From contig NW_003314283.1 in NCBI RefSeq assembly GCF_000143415.4, forward strand, positions 670,822 to 734,821: 64,000 nucleotides of DNA, given 5' to 3'. Source of the stretch: Selaginella moellendorffii (Eukaryota > Plantae > Lycopodiophyta). Both the position numbers and the translations under genes were made by a program. The notes under the pieces were generated by a model. It had not been told where the DNA came from, made no database searches, and was given only the letters and a program-made list of their open reading frames with translations. The number at the start of each line of letters is the position of its first letter. Position 1 is the first letter of the stretch. Shown piece by piece: positions 63,619 through 64,000 of the stretch.

Positions 63619-64000
63619 ATGGTAACACTGTCTGAGGTTGTGACTTCCAAAGTCTACAAGGAGCTGGAAATTGCGGAAAAGAAGGCCAAAGAGCTGACTG
63701 ACGATCTCGCCGCTGTCCAGTTCACTCCGCACAGTAAAAACGGCAAAATGCTCATGGCAAAGTGTCGTACGCTGCAAGAGGAAAACGAAGAAATAGGGAG
63801 GGAGGCTTCGGAGGGCAAGGTTCGTGTCTTTCCGGTATCTTGGACTTGTTTCAAGCAGAACGTTACAGATACATGATCTGGAAACAAGGCTGGCTGTTCA
63901 AAAGTCGTTGAGCTCTGAATTGAAACGCGGTTATCAAGGTTTGTAATCTCACAACGAATCTCCTGAGCGTTCTAAAGGTTTAAAATGTTGCGCCAGAGCT
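63619..64000 (+). CDS. FIP37: FIP37/WTAP-like m6A writer subunit, partial: 5' part missing and runs off the window
   Basis: AVQFTPHSKNGKMLMAKCRTLQEENEEIG..ASEGK|IHDLETRLAVQKSLSSELK with GT-AG introns. Confidence 0.8.

Overview
Plant nuclear DNA, most consistent with a lycophyte such as Selaginella (inferred from very short introns, dense gene packing, a PLS-class PPR gene, ISN1 and a probable ciliary gene). 1-15.4 kb is a transposon nest: a degenerate minus-strand LTR retrotransposon (PBS, PPT, mismatched LTRs) and a ~6.1 kb Helitron with both termini, joined head-to-tail to the 5' end of a second Helitron. 15.5-25.1 kb holds intact FMO, bulb-type lectin and glyoxal oxidase genes surrounded by scrambled, deletion-riddled copies of themselves, with two near-reciprocal GLOX/FMO fusion junctions and several inverted duplications. 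25.2-45.7 kb is a compact gene block: a probable ciliary protein, a PUF2-like coiled-coil, an FtsJ methyltransferase head-to-head with a PPR gene, two tiny Cys-rich CDT genes missed by the ORF track, GP210, BAG and GPATCH11. 45.8-64 kb contains orphan ORFs, a LINE remnant, two ISN1 copies with different frameshifts, an RRM gene, a duplicated unknown two-exon gene flanking an AT-rich repeat/Helitron-remnant region, and a 5'-truncated FIP37-like gene at the window end. Boundaries of degenerate elements are approximate and all homology calls come from motif recognition, not database searches.
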